A DNA stretch of 64,000 nt from Gemmatimonadota bacterium (GCA_036679645.1 JAZDCY010000056.1:1-64000), one strand, 5' to 3'; positions 52,490 through 61,832 are shown, numbered from the stretch's first letter. Program-made: numbers and translations. Notes: generated by a model not told the origin, from the sequence alone.

Positions 52490-52556
52490 CACGCCTCCTT
52501 TGCGTACAGAAGGCTGAGTACCTTCAGCACCTTCCGTCAACCCACGCGGAGCCGCC

Positions 52557-53927
52557 GTGACCCCAGTTGCACCCATCCGCGAGACGACGCGGGCCCTCGT
52601 TCGGCTGGCTCTGCCGGTCGTGGCCGTGCAGGTCGGCATGATGTCGATGGGGGTCGTCGATACCATCATGGTGGGTCACGTCTCCGCCGCTGACTTGGCC
52701 GCGGTCGCGCTGGGGAATCTCTATTTCTTTACAACGTCGATCTTCGGCGTCGGTGTCCTGATGGCCCTCGATCCGGTCGTGGCTCAGGGTGTGGGGGCCG
52801 GCGATGACGCCACGATTGCACGCGCCGTCCAGCGCGGCCTCATCGTAGCCGTGGGGCTTGCCATTTTCACGTCGCTGCTGCTCGCACCGGCTGCACCGCT
52901 GCTCCACGTGCTCCGCCAACCCGACGACGTCGTTCCCATCGCCGGCCGGTATGCCCTAACGCTGATCCCCAGCATGCTGCCGTTCTTTGCGTTCGTCGTG
53001 TTCCGCCAGACCCTCCAGGCAATGAAATGGGTCGCTCCCCTCGTGATCGCCACGGTCGCGGCGAACATCGGGAATGTCGTCTTCAACTGGGTACTCGTCT
53101 TTGGCAAGCTCGGGTTCCCGGCGATGGGCGCGGTCGGGAGCGGCTGGGCAACCAGTCTCAGCCGATGGCTGATGGCGTTGGGTCTGCTGGCACTCGCGTG
53201 GCGCCGGATCGTGCCGTTCGTTCTTCCGTTCCGCCGCGAGGCCCTAGCCTGGGCGCCGCTAGCCCGCATGCTGAAGCTGGGCGCGCCCATAGGCGTTCAG
53301 CACCAACTCGAGTTCGGTGCCTTCGGCGTAACCGCCCTGCTGATGGGAATGCTGGGAACGATCGAGATGGCGGCCCATCAGGTGGCCCTCAGCATCGCGT
53401 CGCTCACTTTCATGGTCCCGCTCGGCATCGGCGCCGCTGGCGCCGTGCTGGTAGGCCAGGCCATTGGACGGGATGACGCGGCAGCCGCCCGCCGCGCCGC
53501 GGGAGTCTCGCTTGCACTGGGAGCCACCTTCATGGTATTGAGCGCCGCCGTCATGCTGACGTTCCCGGGAGCCATTGCCCGCCTGTATACCGAGGAGCGC
53601 CCGGTCATTCTGCTGGCAGCATCGTTGATCCCAATTGCCGGGATGTTCCAGGTGTTCGACGGGACGCAGGTCGTGGCTGCCGGGGTGCTGCGCGGCGCGG
53701 GCGACACGAGGGCTCCTATGGTGATCACGCTGATAGGGTTTTGGATGATCGGGCTACCGGTGAGCGCGCTGCTGGGATTCGGTACGCGGGCGGGACCGCG
53801 CGGGTTGTGGTGGGGCCTCGTCGTGGGACTCGGGGCCGTGGCCGCTTTCCTCCTCGCCCGGGTCCGGTCGCGTTTCCGGCGAGATCTGCGGCGAGTGATC
53901 ATCGACGAGGAGCCCGAAACGGCGTGA
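52557..53927 (+). CDS. MATE family efflux transporter (NorM-like)
   Basis: VDTIMVG, AAHQVA, FQVFDG, LRGAGDT. Confidence 0.92.
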   Translation: MTPVAPIRETTRALVRLALPVVAVQVGMMSMGVVDTIMVGHVSAADLAAVALGNLYFFTTSIFGVGVLMALDPVVAQGVGAGDDATIARAVQRGLIVAVGLAIFTSLLLAPAAPLLHVLRQPDDVVPIAGRYALTLIPSMLPFFAFVVFRQTLQAMKWVAPLVIATVAANIGNVVFNWVLVFGKLGFPAMGAVGSGWATSLSRWLMALGLLALAWRRIVPFVLPFRREALAWAPLARMLKLGAPIGVQHQLEFGAFGVTALLMGMLGTIEMAAHQVALSIASLTFMVPLGIGAAGAVLVGQAIGRDDAAAARRAAGVSLALGATFMVLSAAVMLTFPGAIARLYTEERPVILLAASLIPIAGMFQVFDGTQVVAAGVLRGAGDTRAPMVITLIGFWMIGLPVSALLGFGTRAGPRGLWWGLVVGLGAVAAFLLARVRSRFRRDLRRVIIDEEPETA

Positions 53928-53943
53928 GAGGAGTACCTTTGCC

Positions 53944-54384
53944 ATGATGCGAGTGACCACACTGCAGCGCTGTGGCGAGACTGCCCTCATGGTGGTCGCG
54001 CTCGTCCTCGCCGGCTGCGGTGAGCCGCTGTTCCGCGAGACCGCTCAGGCGCTCGTTCAGGGCACGGTGAGCGCGTCCGCGGGGTTTCCGGCCAACGGCG
54101 CGACCGTCGTCTTCGACGTGACCCGTGGTTCCGACGCGACGCCACTCGGTGTCGAGACTGCGACGGCCGACGCGCTCGGGCGTTATTCGGTCGTGCTTGC
54201 CGTTTTCGCCGAGCCGTTTGACGGCAACATGACCGTACGGGCGTCGTGGGAACTGGGGGGCACGCGCCAGGAGGCCACCATCACGAACATCACGGTGCCG
54301 TTCCGGCGACCGGCAGACGGCATCGAGACGACACGGGTCGACATTGTCCTTGCACCGGTCTCCACACAGGCCTCGCGTCAGTAG
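53944..54384 (+). CDS. Hypothetical lipoprotein
   Basis: LAGC lipobox, beta-sandwich-like; GAGGAG SD. Confidence 0.7.
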   Translation: MMRVTTLQRCGETALMVVALVLAGCGEPLFRETAQALVQGTVSASAGFPANGATVVFDVTRGSDATPLGVETATADALGRYSVVLAVFAEPFDGNMTVRASWELGGTRQEATITNITVPFRRPADGIETTRVDIVLAPVSTQASRQ

Positions 54385-54503
54385 GGTGTGGAATCACGCA
54401 ACGTGGCGGACCATGAACCGCGAGTGCGACGAGCGGCGGTGACCCGCCTCGTCGCGAGCAAGAGGTTGCGGCGGTGGGTACCGCTGCCGCGAACGACAAG
54501 CGA

Positions 54504-54543
54504 GCGACCGTGGCGGAATTGGTATACGCGCAGGATTTAGGAT
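54504..54543 (+). repeat. Duplicated 5' half of tRNA-Leu (att site, left island boundary)
   Basis: 40 bp identical to 58387-58426, then a degenerate continuation (ctgtggggt). Confidence 0.92.
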
Positions 54544-54669
54544 TCTGCTGTGGGGTAAACCGTCCTCGTCACTACCGGACACCAAGTGACACAATGGACC
54601 ACAGTTACACCCGCATTGGCACCAGTCGAGAACAGCCCGTTTTTCCGTGTCTTACCTCTCGTGTGCGCC

Positions 54670-54692
54670 AGTTCATGGACAGAACGTGGACA
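54670..54692 (+). repeat. 23-bp direct repeat copy 1 (integrase arm-site-like)
   Basis: agttcatggacagaacgtggaca, identical to 58286-58308. Confidence 0.85.
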
Positions 54693-55170
54693 GTGGCCTG
54701 GCAGCTCGGCCGGCGGTCGTTGCAACCGCAGGACGTGGCCGAGTGGGGGAACGGGGTCTATCTTCGCGCAACGGAGAGCTTGGGCTCGTCCGCCAACGCC
54801 AGGAACCGCGTCGATAGAACTGGCCGGGCAGTTGGCGGGCGCCACGTGCCTAACCTCTGGGAACGAGGTCAATGTGATCCACGACGTGGGGCGCTATCAC
54901 ATCGTTGACCCGCGCACGAAAGCCCGTGAAATGGCGACGGGCCTTGTTTGGAGCGAGTTGGTCCCACGAACCCCACCGCGGGGACGAGGCACTCGTGTAC
55001 TCGACGAGCAGCCGCCGTCTCTTACGACCCGTGAGCTTTAGCGGGCGTGTCAAAGAGGCAAGCGACCCCGCAACGTCGCCCCAATCGGCGATGAGCCTCT
55101 TGAGAAATCGGGTTTGATCAGCACGGGTGGGTTTGGATTCTGGGGCGGCGCAATCGGGGCCGGGCTGCTA

Positions 55171-56553
55171 TCAGCGATCCCGCGCGGTCAGCGAGCCTTC
55201 TTTGTGCTGTTTCGGCCAGTAGCGAACGCTCTGCAAGTACTCAGTCGATTCTGCATGCTCCGTGAATTCAAGGAGGTTGCCGAGCTTGGATGTAAGCGCT
55301 GCACGCACCTCACTTGAGCTCGCGAAGAAGAATTCCTTGCGTGCGTTGGCGTGGTTGACTCGCTGATCGGCAAAGTGTTGGTGCAATTCGGATTCGAGGG
55401 TGACGGCATCTTCGGAGAAGAACAGGCAGTGTACATCAAAGCGGAAAGGAACCGATGCACCACTCAGTTCATTGATTCTGTCGAGTGGCTCCAGGCGGCG
55501 GGTTAGGCCGATCTTGACGACGTTGATACCAAACGCGCCCCGGTTCGAAATTACATACACGTAGCCAGCTCTGATGTTAGCCGCCCTGTAATCATTTCGA
55601 GCAATCGCTTCATCGAGATCAGCAAGTCTTTGCTCCAATTCAGCGTCTGATGATCCGCTGCTCTTGAGAGCTTCAAGTGTATTCAAAATGTGGCTGCGCT
55701 CTTTGTCGAGCTTTTCTCGTTCTGCCGTAAGTTCGGCCTGGACCCTCCGCTCCTCGCGGAGGCGCGCGCGCTCTTCACGTGCCTCTTCGCGTTCTTCCTG
55801 CTTCTTCATTAGGTAATCAGCAGTCAATTCGATCTCTTCGACACGTAACGCATGGAATTCGTCGCTGATGTGCATTTGCATCATTTTCCCGAGTTTCATG
55901 ATCGCGGCCCGCGATGCTTCGACCCGCCGCTTCGCCGTGACGACGTTGCCGGCTCGAAGCGAACGCAAGCTATTGTCCACTTCTGCGTTGTACGCGCGTA
56001 ACATTAGCTTGGCGAGGTCATTGGACATCCTGCGGCCTTTGGCAAGCGAATTGTCGAAGGTGAACATGTTCGACCTTTCGATTGCGTGCTTGGCCTTGAC
56101 GAGAGTTGCGATGCGTGTGCCTAGATTCTTGAGCCGATCTTTGTACGCGTCTGCATTCTCAAGCGGGTGGTGGTATCGGTAAATTCCGACTTCTTGAAGT
56201 ACCCATTCGTCGTCAAGCACGACGACTTCACTTGGTGATAAAGTCGCATCAAGCTGAGCCCGCAGTGCGACATTCTCCGCTTCAAGTAACGCGATCCTTC
56301 GTTCGGCATCGCGGGGCACAGAGTCCCCTGAGTGCCCCTCCCCAGTCGCGGACGAAGCGCTCCCTTCCCCAGTGTCGCCCTCCACATGAACCGAGCTCTC
56401 GTCGCTGCTCGAGTCGGTGGATAGCCAAAGTCGCCAGCCCTCAGGTGGATCAGGCCAAGTAGGATCCGGTGTCCACCCCTTTGGCGGCGTCCAGCCGCTG
56501 GGAGGCTTGGGCCAGCCGGGTGGCGGATTGAAGACGATGCGCTCGTCCGTCAT
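55171..56553 (-). CDS. DUF4041 plus GIY-YIG (T5orf172/MUG113) nuclease, SNIPE-like
   Basis: KLMLRAYNAE..KKQEEREE (DUF4041 and coiled coil); AGYVYVISN.GAFG..VVKIGLTRR..SVPFRFDVH..RKEFF; Pro/Trp-rich N-terminus. Confidence 0.88.
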   Translation of the reverse strand: MTDERIVFNPPPGWPKPPSGWTPPKGWTPDPTWPDPPEGWRLWLSTDSSSDESSVHVEGDTGEGSASSATGEGHSGDSVPRDAERRIALLEAENVALRAQLDATLSPSEVVVLDDEWVLQEVGIYRYHHPLENADAYKDRLKNLGTRIATLVKAKHAIERSNMFTFDNSLAKGRRMSNDLAKLMLRAYNAEVDNSLRSLRAGNVVTAKRRVEASRAAIMKLGKMMQMHISDEFHALRVEEIELTADYLMKKQEEREEAREERARLREERRVQAELTAEREKLDKERSHILNTLEALKSSGSSDAELEQRLADLDEAIARNDYRAANIRAGYVYVISNRGAFGINVVKIGLTRRLEPLDRINELSGASVPFRFDVHCLFFSEDAVTLESELHQHFADQRVNHANARKEFFFASSSEVRAALTSKLGNLLEFTEHAESTEYLQSVRYWPKQHKEGSLTARDR

Positions 56554-57812
56554 GAGCGGCGGATTCCCGAAACATCAGCAGCGACGAGGTCAAACGGATT
56601 CTTGGAGACAGCTGCACCAAGGTGACCAAGAGTAGCAGCGGGAACGACGCTCGAAAGATTGAACTCAAGGAACGAATCACGTTCTCCTCCGACCGCCACG
56701 AACGGGATGTACGTCTCCCTGCCAGTCGCCGGGTCGATCGTCTCCGTCCCGACCTCCAACGAGATCGTTTTGATTAGGCTGCGACGGTCTGCCTCGAACA
56801 CCTCATGCAACGACCGAAGCGCGATCTGATGCACCGCGGCTGAATACCGTTCCTTGCACGCTTTCTGTGGTAACGATGTCGAGGTGATTTCATCTGAAGA
56901 TTTGTTGTACTTATAGGCGCGCGTGTCAGGCACTTTGTCAGGGCCAGGTACCAACACGCGCAGCCGCAGCTCAGCCGCAGCGGCATCGAACTCAAAATCG
57001 TGTCGAATCGGAAAATGCGCCGGGTACACCGAGTTGGATAAGACGATTGCCACGTACTCTTGAACCGCCTCAACGGCTCCGTAACCGAGATTGGCGATTA
57101 AAGTATCGATCGCCTGGTTGTGCGCCACGGCCTCTGCCTCACGCGCTGAGCATTCTTCTGCGTATCGCGCCCGCTCTGCCTCAAGTGTCGAAACACGTTG
57201 AGCCTCCGTTTCAGCGTGCCCACTTGCTTCGGCCTTGCGGGCCGATTCGACTTGAACCAACTCGGACTTCCATCTAGCTACGGCGCGCTTGTGAGCGGAA
57301 GTGGCTTCGGCGACCGCCTTCTCATGCTTCTTTTTGCCAAGCAACCGTCGGAGTCCCTTGGGTGCGGGAGGCGGCGTAAATATCGGCTCCGGTGGATCGG
57401 CTTGAGGATTGGGTGGTGGCGTGGGTACCTCGAGGTCGCCGCGGTCGAACGGTGGGTGCTCGGCGACGGTGCGCAGCGTGTCCAAGTCCACGTAGTCATC
57501 TATATCGAGAGTCGCGGCAAGCAACGAATCAATATCGTGATACACTTGGGATAGTTCGAGGTTTTTTTTCTCAACCTCCGCCTCCATCGCGGCAACGTGT
57601 GCTTCTTGAGCTGCTTTGGCGAGTCGTTTTTGTTCTGCCGCATCGGCACGAGTTAACTGAGCAGCTGCACGTTCTTCCGCCTTTCGGGCACGTTCAGCTT
57701 CGGCGCTCGCGGCCTTGCGCGCGCGCTCGGCTTCCCGCTCTGCCCGAGCTTGCTCTCGGTCAGCGAGCTTTGCTTGATGCTGAAGTTCAGCGAAGAAACC
57801 GCGTCGTGCCAT
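56550..57812 (-). CDS. Coiled-coil protein resembling the N-terminal part of long Mrr-type restriction proteins, without a nuclease domain
   Basis: AVQEYVAIVLSNSVYP, QIALRSLHEVFEAD, IDPATG, LGAAVSKNP; ATGA overlap with the nuclease gene. Confidence 0.7.
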   Translation of the reverse strand: MARRGFFAELQHQAKLADREQARAEREAERARKAASAEAERARKAEERAAAQLTRADAAEQKRLAKAAQEAHVAAMEAEVEKKNLELSQVYHDIDSLLAATLDIDDYVDLDTLRTVAEHPPFDRGDLEVPTPPPNPQADPPEPIFTPPPAPKGLRRLLGKKKHEKAVAEATSAHKRAVARWKSELVQVESARKAEASGHAETEAQRVSTLEAERARYAEECSAREAEAVAHNQAIDTLIANLGYGAVEAVQEYVAIVLSNSVYPAHFPIRHDFEFDAAAAELRLRVLVPGPDKVPDTRAYKYNKSSDEITSTSLPQKACKERYSAAVHQIALRSLHEVFEADRRSLIKTISLEVGTETIDPATGRETYIPFVAVGGERDSFLEFNLSSVVPAATLGHLGAAVSKNPFDLVAADVSGIRRS

Positions 57813-58067
57813 CCTTGACCCTTGCTGCGGACTTTAAGATGCGAGCACCCAACCGAGATAGGATGCGATCTTGTCCGGGCCGGCGCCAGGGCATTTCTGG
57901 GGCATGGCATGTTGTTTTTGGGACATCCGGCTGGGAGACTCAACTACCGACCCCATGGGACCCTTGGCGAACGCCTCGGCGTCGTGGCTTGTGACAGTTT
58001 CTGACAGTTCTGGCGGCGGGGCCACACGGCTCGCCATCACGCCCCGCCGCCTTCATCTTTCCCCTCC

Positions 58068-58240
58068 ATGGCGGACTCGCTGGATCGTCTCACTTCGGCG
58101 CTGGCCGACCGCTACCGCATTGATCGCGAACTCGGTAGCGGTGGTATGGCGACCGTCTATCTCGCTGAGGACCTCAAGCACGAGCACCACGTTACGCCAA
58201 GGTGTTGAAGCCCAACCTTCCCCATGCCGTCGGCATCGTC
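58068..58240 (+). pseudogene. Ser/Thr protein kinase N-terminal remnant
   Basis: MADSLDRLTSALADRYRIDRELGSGGMATVYLAEDLKH, then a frameshift to KVLKP; stop at 58208. Confidence 0.82.
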
Positions 58241-58285
58241 AACGAGAGCGACCTAGCGGAGGGTGTGGCGAAGCTTGCAGCCGCG

Positions 58286-58308
58286 AGTTCATGGACAGAA
58301 CGTGGACA
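58286..58308 (+). repeat. 23-bp direct repeat copy 2
   Basis: Identical to 54670-54692. Confidence 0.85.
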
Positions 58309-58386
58309 ATCGGGCGTCGCGGAGGGGTGAGCGTGCAAACGCCGGAGTACAGTAAGTCGGTATGTTGCAATAGAATGTGTAATCAC

Positions 58387-58468
58387 GCGACCGTGGCGGA
58401 ATTGGTATACGCGCAGGATTTAGGATCCTGTGGGGTCACCCATGAGGGTTCGAGTCCCTCCGGTCGCA
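58387..58468 (+). tRNA. tRNA-Leu (anticodon TAG)
   Basis: Acceptor gcgaccg/cggtcgc, anticodon arm cagga-tttagga-tcctg, long variable arm, GGTTCGAGT T-loop; no encoded CCA. Confidence 0.96.
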
Positions 58469-58482
58469 TCGTTCCCCTGATA

Positions 58483-59844
58483 GTGCTCGCCGGCCTCCTA
58501 GCTGCGGGCGGATGCGGCGACGCCGCCGCGGGCCCCGAACCTCCGCGCGCCGTGCTGATCTCACCCGATACGCTACGCCTCTCCATTGGTGACACCGGGC
58601 AGCTCACGGTCACGATCGCCGACCTCTCCGGGAATCCGCTCGACAGCGCCGAGGTCACGTGGACCTCCGTGAATCCCACAGTGGTCACCGTGGACTCCGC
58701 AGGCGAAGTGGCGGCCGTGGGGCTGGGTCTCACGCACGTCATCGCCGTCTCCGCCGGGTTCGTCGATTCCGCCGTCGTGCGCACCGGGCTAGCCTTCACT
58801 CAGATCACCGCGGGAGATGCCCACACGTGCGGGTTGGTGCCGGGCGGCGCGGCCTTTTGCTGGGGCGACGGACGTGCCGGACAGCTGGGGAACGGAGGCA
58901 CCGAGGCGAGCGCCGCGCCCGGGCGCGTGACGGCGGGAGCCGTTTTCACGGCGGTGACCGCCGGCGCGACCCACACGTGTGCACTCCAGGAGAACGGCAC
59001 ACCTCATTGCTGGGGTCAGGGGAGCCTTGGGCAACGGGGCGACGGGACGACCAACGCTGTGTCGCTCCCAACGCCAGTTGCGACCAACCTGGTTTTCCAG
59101 TCGCTGAGCGCGGGCTGGAACCATACCTGCGGCATCACCACCAGCAGCCGTCTGTACTGCTGGGGATCCAACCTGTTCGGCCAGCTGGGAGACGGTGGCT
59201 TCGTTCTGCAGCTGACCCCGGACAGCGCGGTCACGGCCGATCGGTTCACCGATGTGCGGGCCGGCCGGAACCACACCTGCGCCGTGAGCCTCGACGGTCA
59301 GGCCTATTGCTGGGGCCGTAACGACGAGGGACAGCTCGGCTTGGGATCGACCTCGGCACCGGTACCCATTCCAACACCGCTACCGAGTGCTCTCACGTTC
59401 CGCACCATCGTGGCGGCCGACGGCACCTATTCATGCGGGCTCTGGCTTACCCGCCGGCTGCTGTGCTGGGGTCGCGGCAACGATGGCCAACTGGGCACGG
59501 GTACGACCGTCGAGCGCGATTCTCTGGTGGTAATCGACTTCACGATCCCGTTTGCCGCCGTCGATGCCGGCACCACTCACACCTGCGGCACCACGACCGA
59601 ATTCCAGACGTACTGCTGGGGGACGTCACGACTGGGTCTCCCCGGCGCGACGCGCAGCAACGTTCCGTTGCGCATCCCCATTGCACTCACCACGATCACA
59701 ACCGGCACGTTCCACACCTGTGGCCTGTCGGGCGAGCCCGGACAGGCCTACTGCTGGGGCGGGAACAACCGGGGTCAGTTGGGGACCGGGTCGGCCGCGC
59801 CGAGCGATGTTCCGGAACTCGTGGCGCAGCAGATTCGGTTCTAG
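58483..59844 (+). CDS. Lipoprotein with an Ig-like domain and RCC1 beta-propeller repeats (start uncertain)
   Basis: AGGC lipobox, VTWTSVNPTVVTV Ig-like segment, repeated HTC..CWG...GQLG. Confidence 0.85.
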   Translation: MLAGLLAAGGCGDAAAGPEPPRAVLISPDTLRLSIGDTGQLTVTIADLSGNPLDSAEVTWTSVNPTVVTVDSAGEVAAVGLGLTHVIAVSAGFVDSAVVRTGLAFTQITAGDAHTCGLVPGGAAFCWGDGRAGQLGNGGTEASAAPGRVTAGAVFTAVTAGATHTCALQENGTPHCWGQGSLGQRGDGTTNAVSLPTPVATNLVFQSLSAGWNHTCGITTSSRLYCWGSNLFGQLGDGGFVLQLTPDSAVTADRFTDVRAGRNHTCAVSLDGQAYCWGRNDEGQLGLGSTSAPVPIPTPLPSALTFRTIVAADGTYSCGLWLTRRLLCWGRGNDGQLGTGTTVERDSLVVIDFTIPFAAVDAGTTHTCGTTTEFQTYCWGTSRLGLPGATRSNVPLRIPIALTTITTGTFHTCGLSGEPGQAYCWGGNNRGQLGTGSAAPSDVPELVAQQIRF

Positions 59845-59910
59845 GTGCCCTGCAAGGCACTTCCACTTCCAGTTAGGTTTCAGGCCGGGTTCACTTCAGC
59901 AGACGGTTAC

Positions 59911-61161
59911 GTGGTGACGGATATTCTGATTACGAGAGCCGGTGAGGAACCGGGGGCCGCGAGCTTCAAGATCGAGGTCCCCGCGGAGCGCGTGCAACAG
60001 TTCGAGCACACCGCGGCCTCGGCGTTTGCCAAACGGGCACGCCTCCCCGGATTCCGGAAGGGCAAGGCCCCGTTGGCGGTGGTGCGCAAGCGGTTTCACG
60101 ACGCAATTCGCGAGCAGGTTGTGCGAGACGTCGTCGGGGAGAGCTGGAAGGCGACGCTGGATCAAGAATCTCTCGAGCCCATTGCGGACCCGCGGGTGCA
60201 TGACCTGAAGTTTGAGGCTGGGTCATCGCTCACATTCGAGTTCCACGTTGAGCTCAAACCAGACGTTGCGGTCGGGCGCGTAGGCGGGTTCACTGTAACC
60301 CGGCAGCCACGCGCGGTGACCGACGAGATGGTCGATCACCACCTGGAGGAACTCCGTCGGCAGCGGGCACCCTGGGTCCCTGTCGAGGGGCGCCCGGCCG
60401 CGACGGGCGAGATGGTGAGTGTCACGCTGGCAACGCTTTCGGATGACGAGCCGGACGAGGCGAAGCCCTACCAGATCGTGCTAGGAGAGGATCAGGCAAT
60501 CCCGGATGTCGAGCGGCTCATCGGTACGCTCGAGCCCGGCGGGACCACCGATGGCGATGTGACGTTCCCCGACGATTTCCCCGACGAGAGTAAGCGGGGT
60601 CAGACGCGCCAAGTGCGTATCGTGCTACAGGAGGTCAAGCGACGCGATCTGCCCGACCTCGACGGCGCGTTCGCCGGCGAGGTAGGTGACTTCGACGACC
60701 TGGCTGCCCTCCGTACCGCCGTGCGCGAGGACATCGAGGCAGAGGCCCGTCGCGAGGCAGACGCCCACGTTCGCAAGCAACTCGTCGAGCAACTCGTGGC
60801 AGCCAACGACATCCCTGCCCCACGTCCACTGGTCGATCGGCTGCTGCACGCCTATCGTGAGGCCTACAGTATTCCCGACGAGACCCTCGAGCAGTTCTTC
60901 ACCGAGTTCCGTCCAATCGCGGAAGCCCAGGTGAAACGGGATCTGCTGCTCGACCAGATCGTCGCACAAGAGCATCTCCGCGCGTCGGAAGAAGAGCTGG
61001 ATTCGCGTATCGCCGAGATCGCGGAACGGCGCAACGCCGAGCCGGGTGAGGTGTACGCCCAATTGCAAAAGGCCAAGCGTCTCAAGGCACTGGAACAGAC
61101 GATCACCGAAGACAAGGTCTTCGATTTCCTGCTATCACAGTCCACGGTGACCGAGAGCTGA
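59911..61161 (+). CDS. tig: Trigger factor
   Basis: LPGFRKGKAP ribosome-binding motif, VTFPDDF; lies before clpP-clpX. Confidence 0.93.
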   Translation: MVTDILITRAGEEPGAASFKIEVPAERVQQFEHTAASAFAKRARLPGFRKGKAPLAVVRKRFHDAIREQVVRDVVGESWKATLDQESLEPIADPRVHDLKFEAGSSLTFEFHVELKPDVAVGRVGGFTVTRQPRAVTDEMVDHHLEELRRQRAPWVPVEGRPAATGEMVSVTLATLSDDEPDEAKPYQIVLGEDQAIPDVERLIGTLEPGGTTDGDVTFPDDFPDESKRGQTRQVRIVLQEVKRRDLPDLDGAFAGEVGDFDDLAALRTAVREDIEAEARREADAHVRKQLVEQLVAANDIPAPRPLVDRLLHAYREAYSIPDETLEQFFTEFRPIAEAQVKRDLLLDQIVAQEHLRASEEELDSRIAEIAERRNAEPGEVYAQLQKAKRLKALEQTITEDKVFDFLLSQSTVTES

Positions 61162-61167
61162 GGAGCC

Positions 61168-61782
61168 ATGTCCCCGATCTACCCCCCGTACATCATCGAA
61201 CGCTCCAGCCGCGGTGAACGGTCGTACGATATCTTCTCGCGACTGCTCATGGACCGGATCGTGTTCATGGGCGCGCCGATAAGCGACGATGTCGCCAACA
61301 TCGTCATTGCGCAGTTGCTGTTTCTCGAGGCGGACAACGACGAGCGAGACGTCTACCTCTATATCAACTCTCCGGGCGGGATCGTGTCGGCGGGTATGGC
61401 AATTTACGACACGATGCAATTCATGAAGGCGCCGGTGAACACGATCTGTATGGGGATGGCGGCGTCGATGGGCTCGTTCCTCCTCGCGGCCGGCACCAAG
61501 GGCAAGCGAGCGTCTCTTCCCCACGCGCGCATCATGATGCATCAGCCCTCGGGCGGGGCGCAGGGCTCCGCCGCCGACATCGAGATCCAGGCCCGGGAGA
61601 TTCTCTATCTGCGCCAGAAACTCAACGAACTCTACGCGACGCACACCGGTCAGACGACCGAAAAAATCGAGCAGGACATCGACCGAGATCGCTTCATGTC
61701 CGCCGAGGAAGCTGTAGAGTACGGCATCATCGACAAGGTAATCCAGCACAAGACCGATGCGGACGGCAAGAAGACTTCTTGA
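61168..61782 (+). CDS. clpP: ATP-dependent Clp protease proteolytic subunit
   Basis: [27 protein letters not shown]. Confidence 0.98.
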   Translation: MSPIYPPYIIERSSRGERSYDIFSRLLMDRIVFMGAPISDDVANIVIAQLLFLEADNDERDVYLYINSPGGIVSAGMAIYDTMQFMKAPVNTICMGMAASMGSFLLAAGTKGKRASLPHARIMMHQPSGGAQGSAADIEIQAREILYLRQKLNELYATHTGQTTEKIEQDIDRDRFMSAEEAVEYGIIDKVIQHKTDADGKKTS

Positions 61783-61832
61783 CGGGCTGCCGTTGAGGGT
61801 CCCATCTTAGCGGAGGGAACCCAAACAGACCG

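Larger units (their letters stand above)
54504..58426. mobile_element. tRNA-Leu-integrated genomic island, about 3.9 kb, no integrase visible
   Basis: Flanking 40-bp direct repeats, internal 23-bp repeats near both ends, visibly lower GC, defence-like cargo. Confidence 0.82.

Noticed and set aside
54504..54590. Second tRNA-Leu gene
   Set aside because: No T arm or 3' acceptor strand; it is an att fragment
54586..55041. 151-aa ORF as the island integrase
   Set aside because: No tyrosine or serine recombinase motifs recognisable
57871..58482. 5' extension of the 657-aa RCC1 ORF
   Set aside because: Crosses a kinase remnant, a repeat and the tRNA; not protein-like
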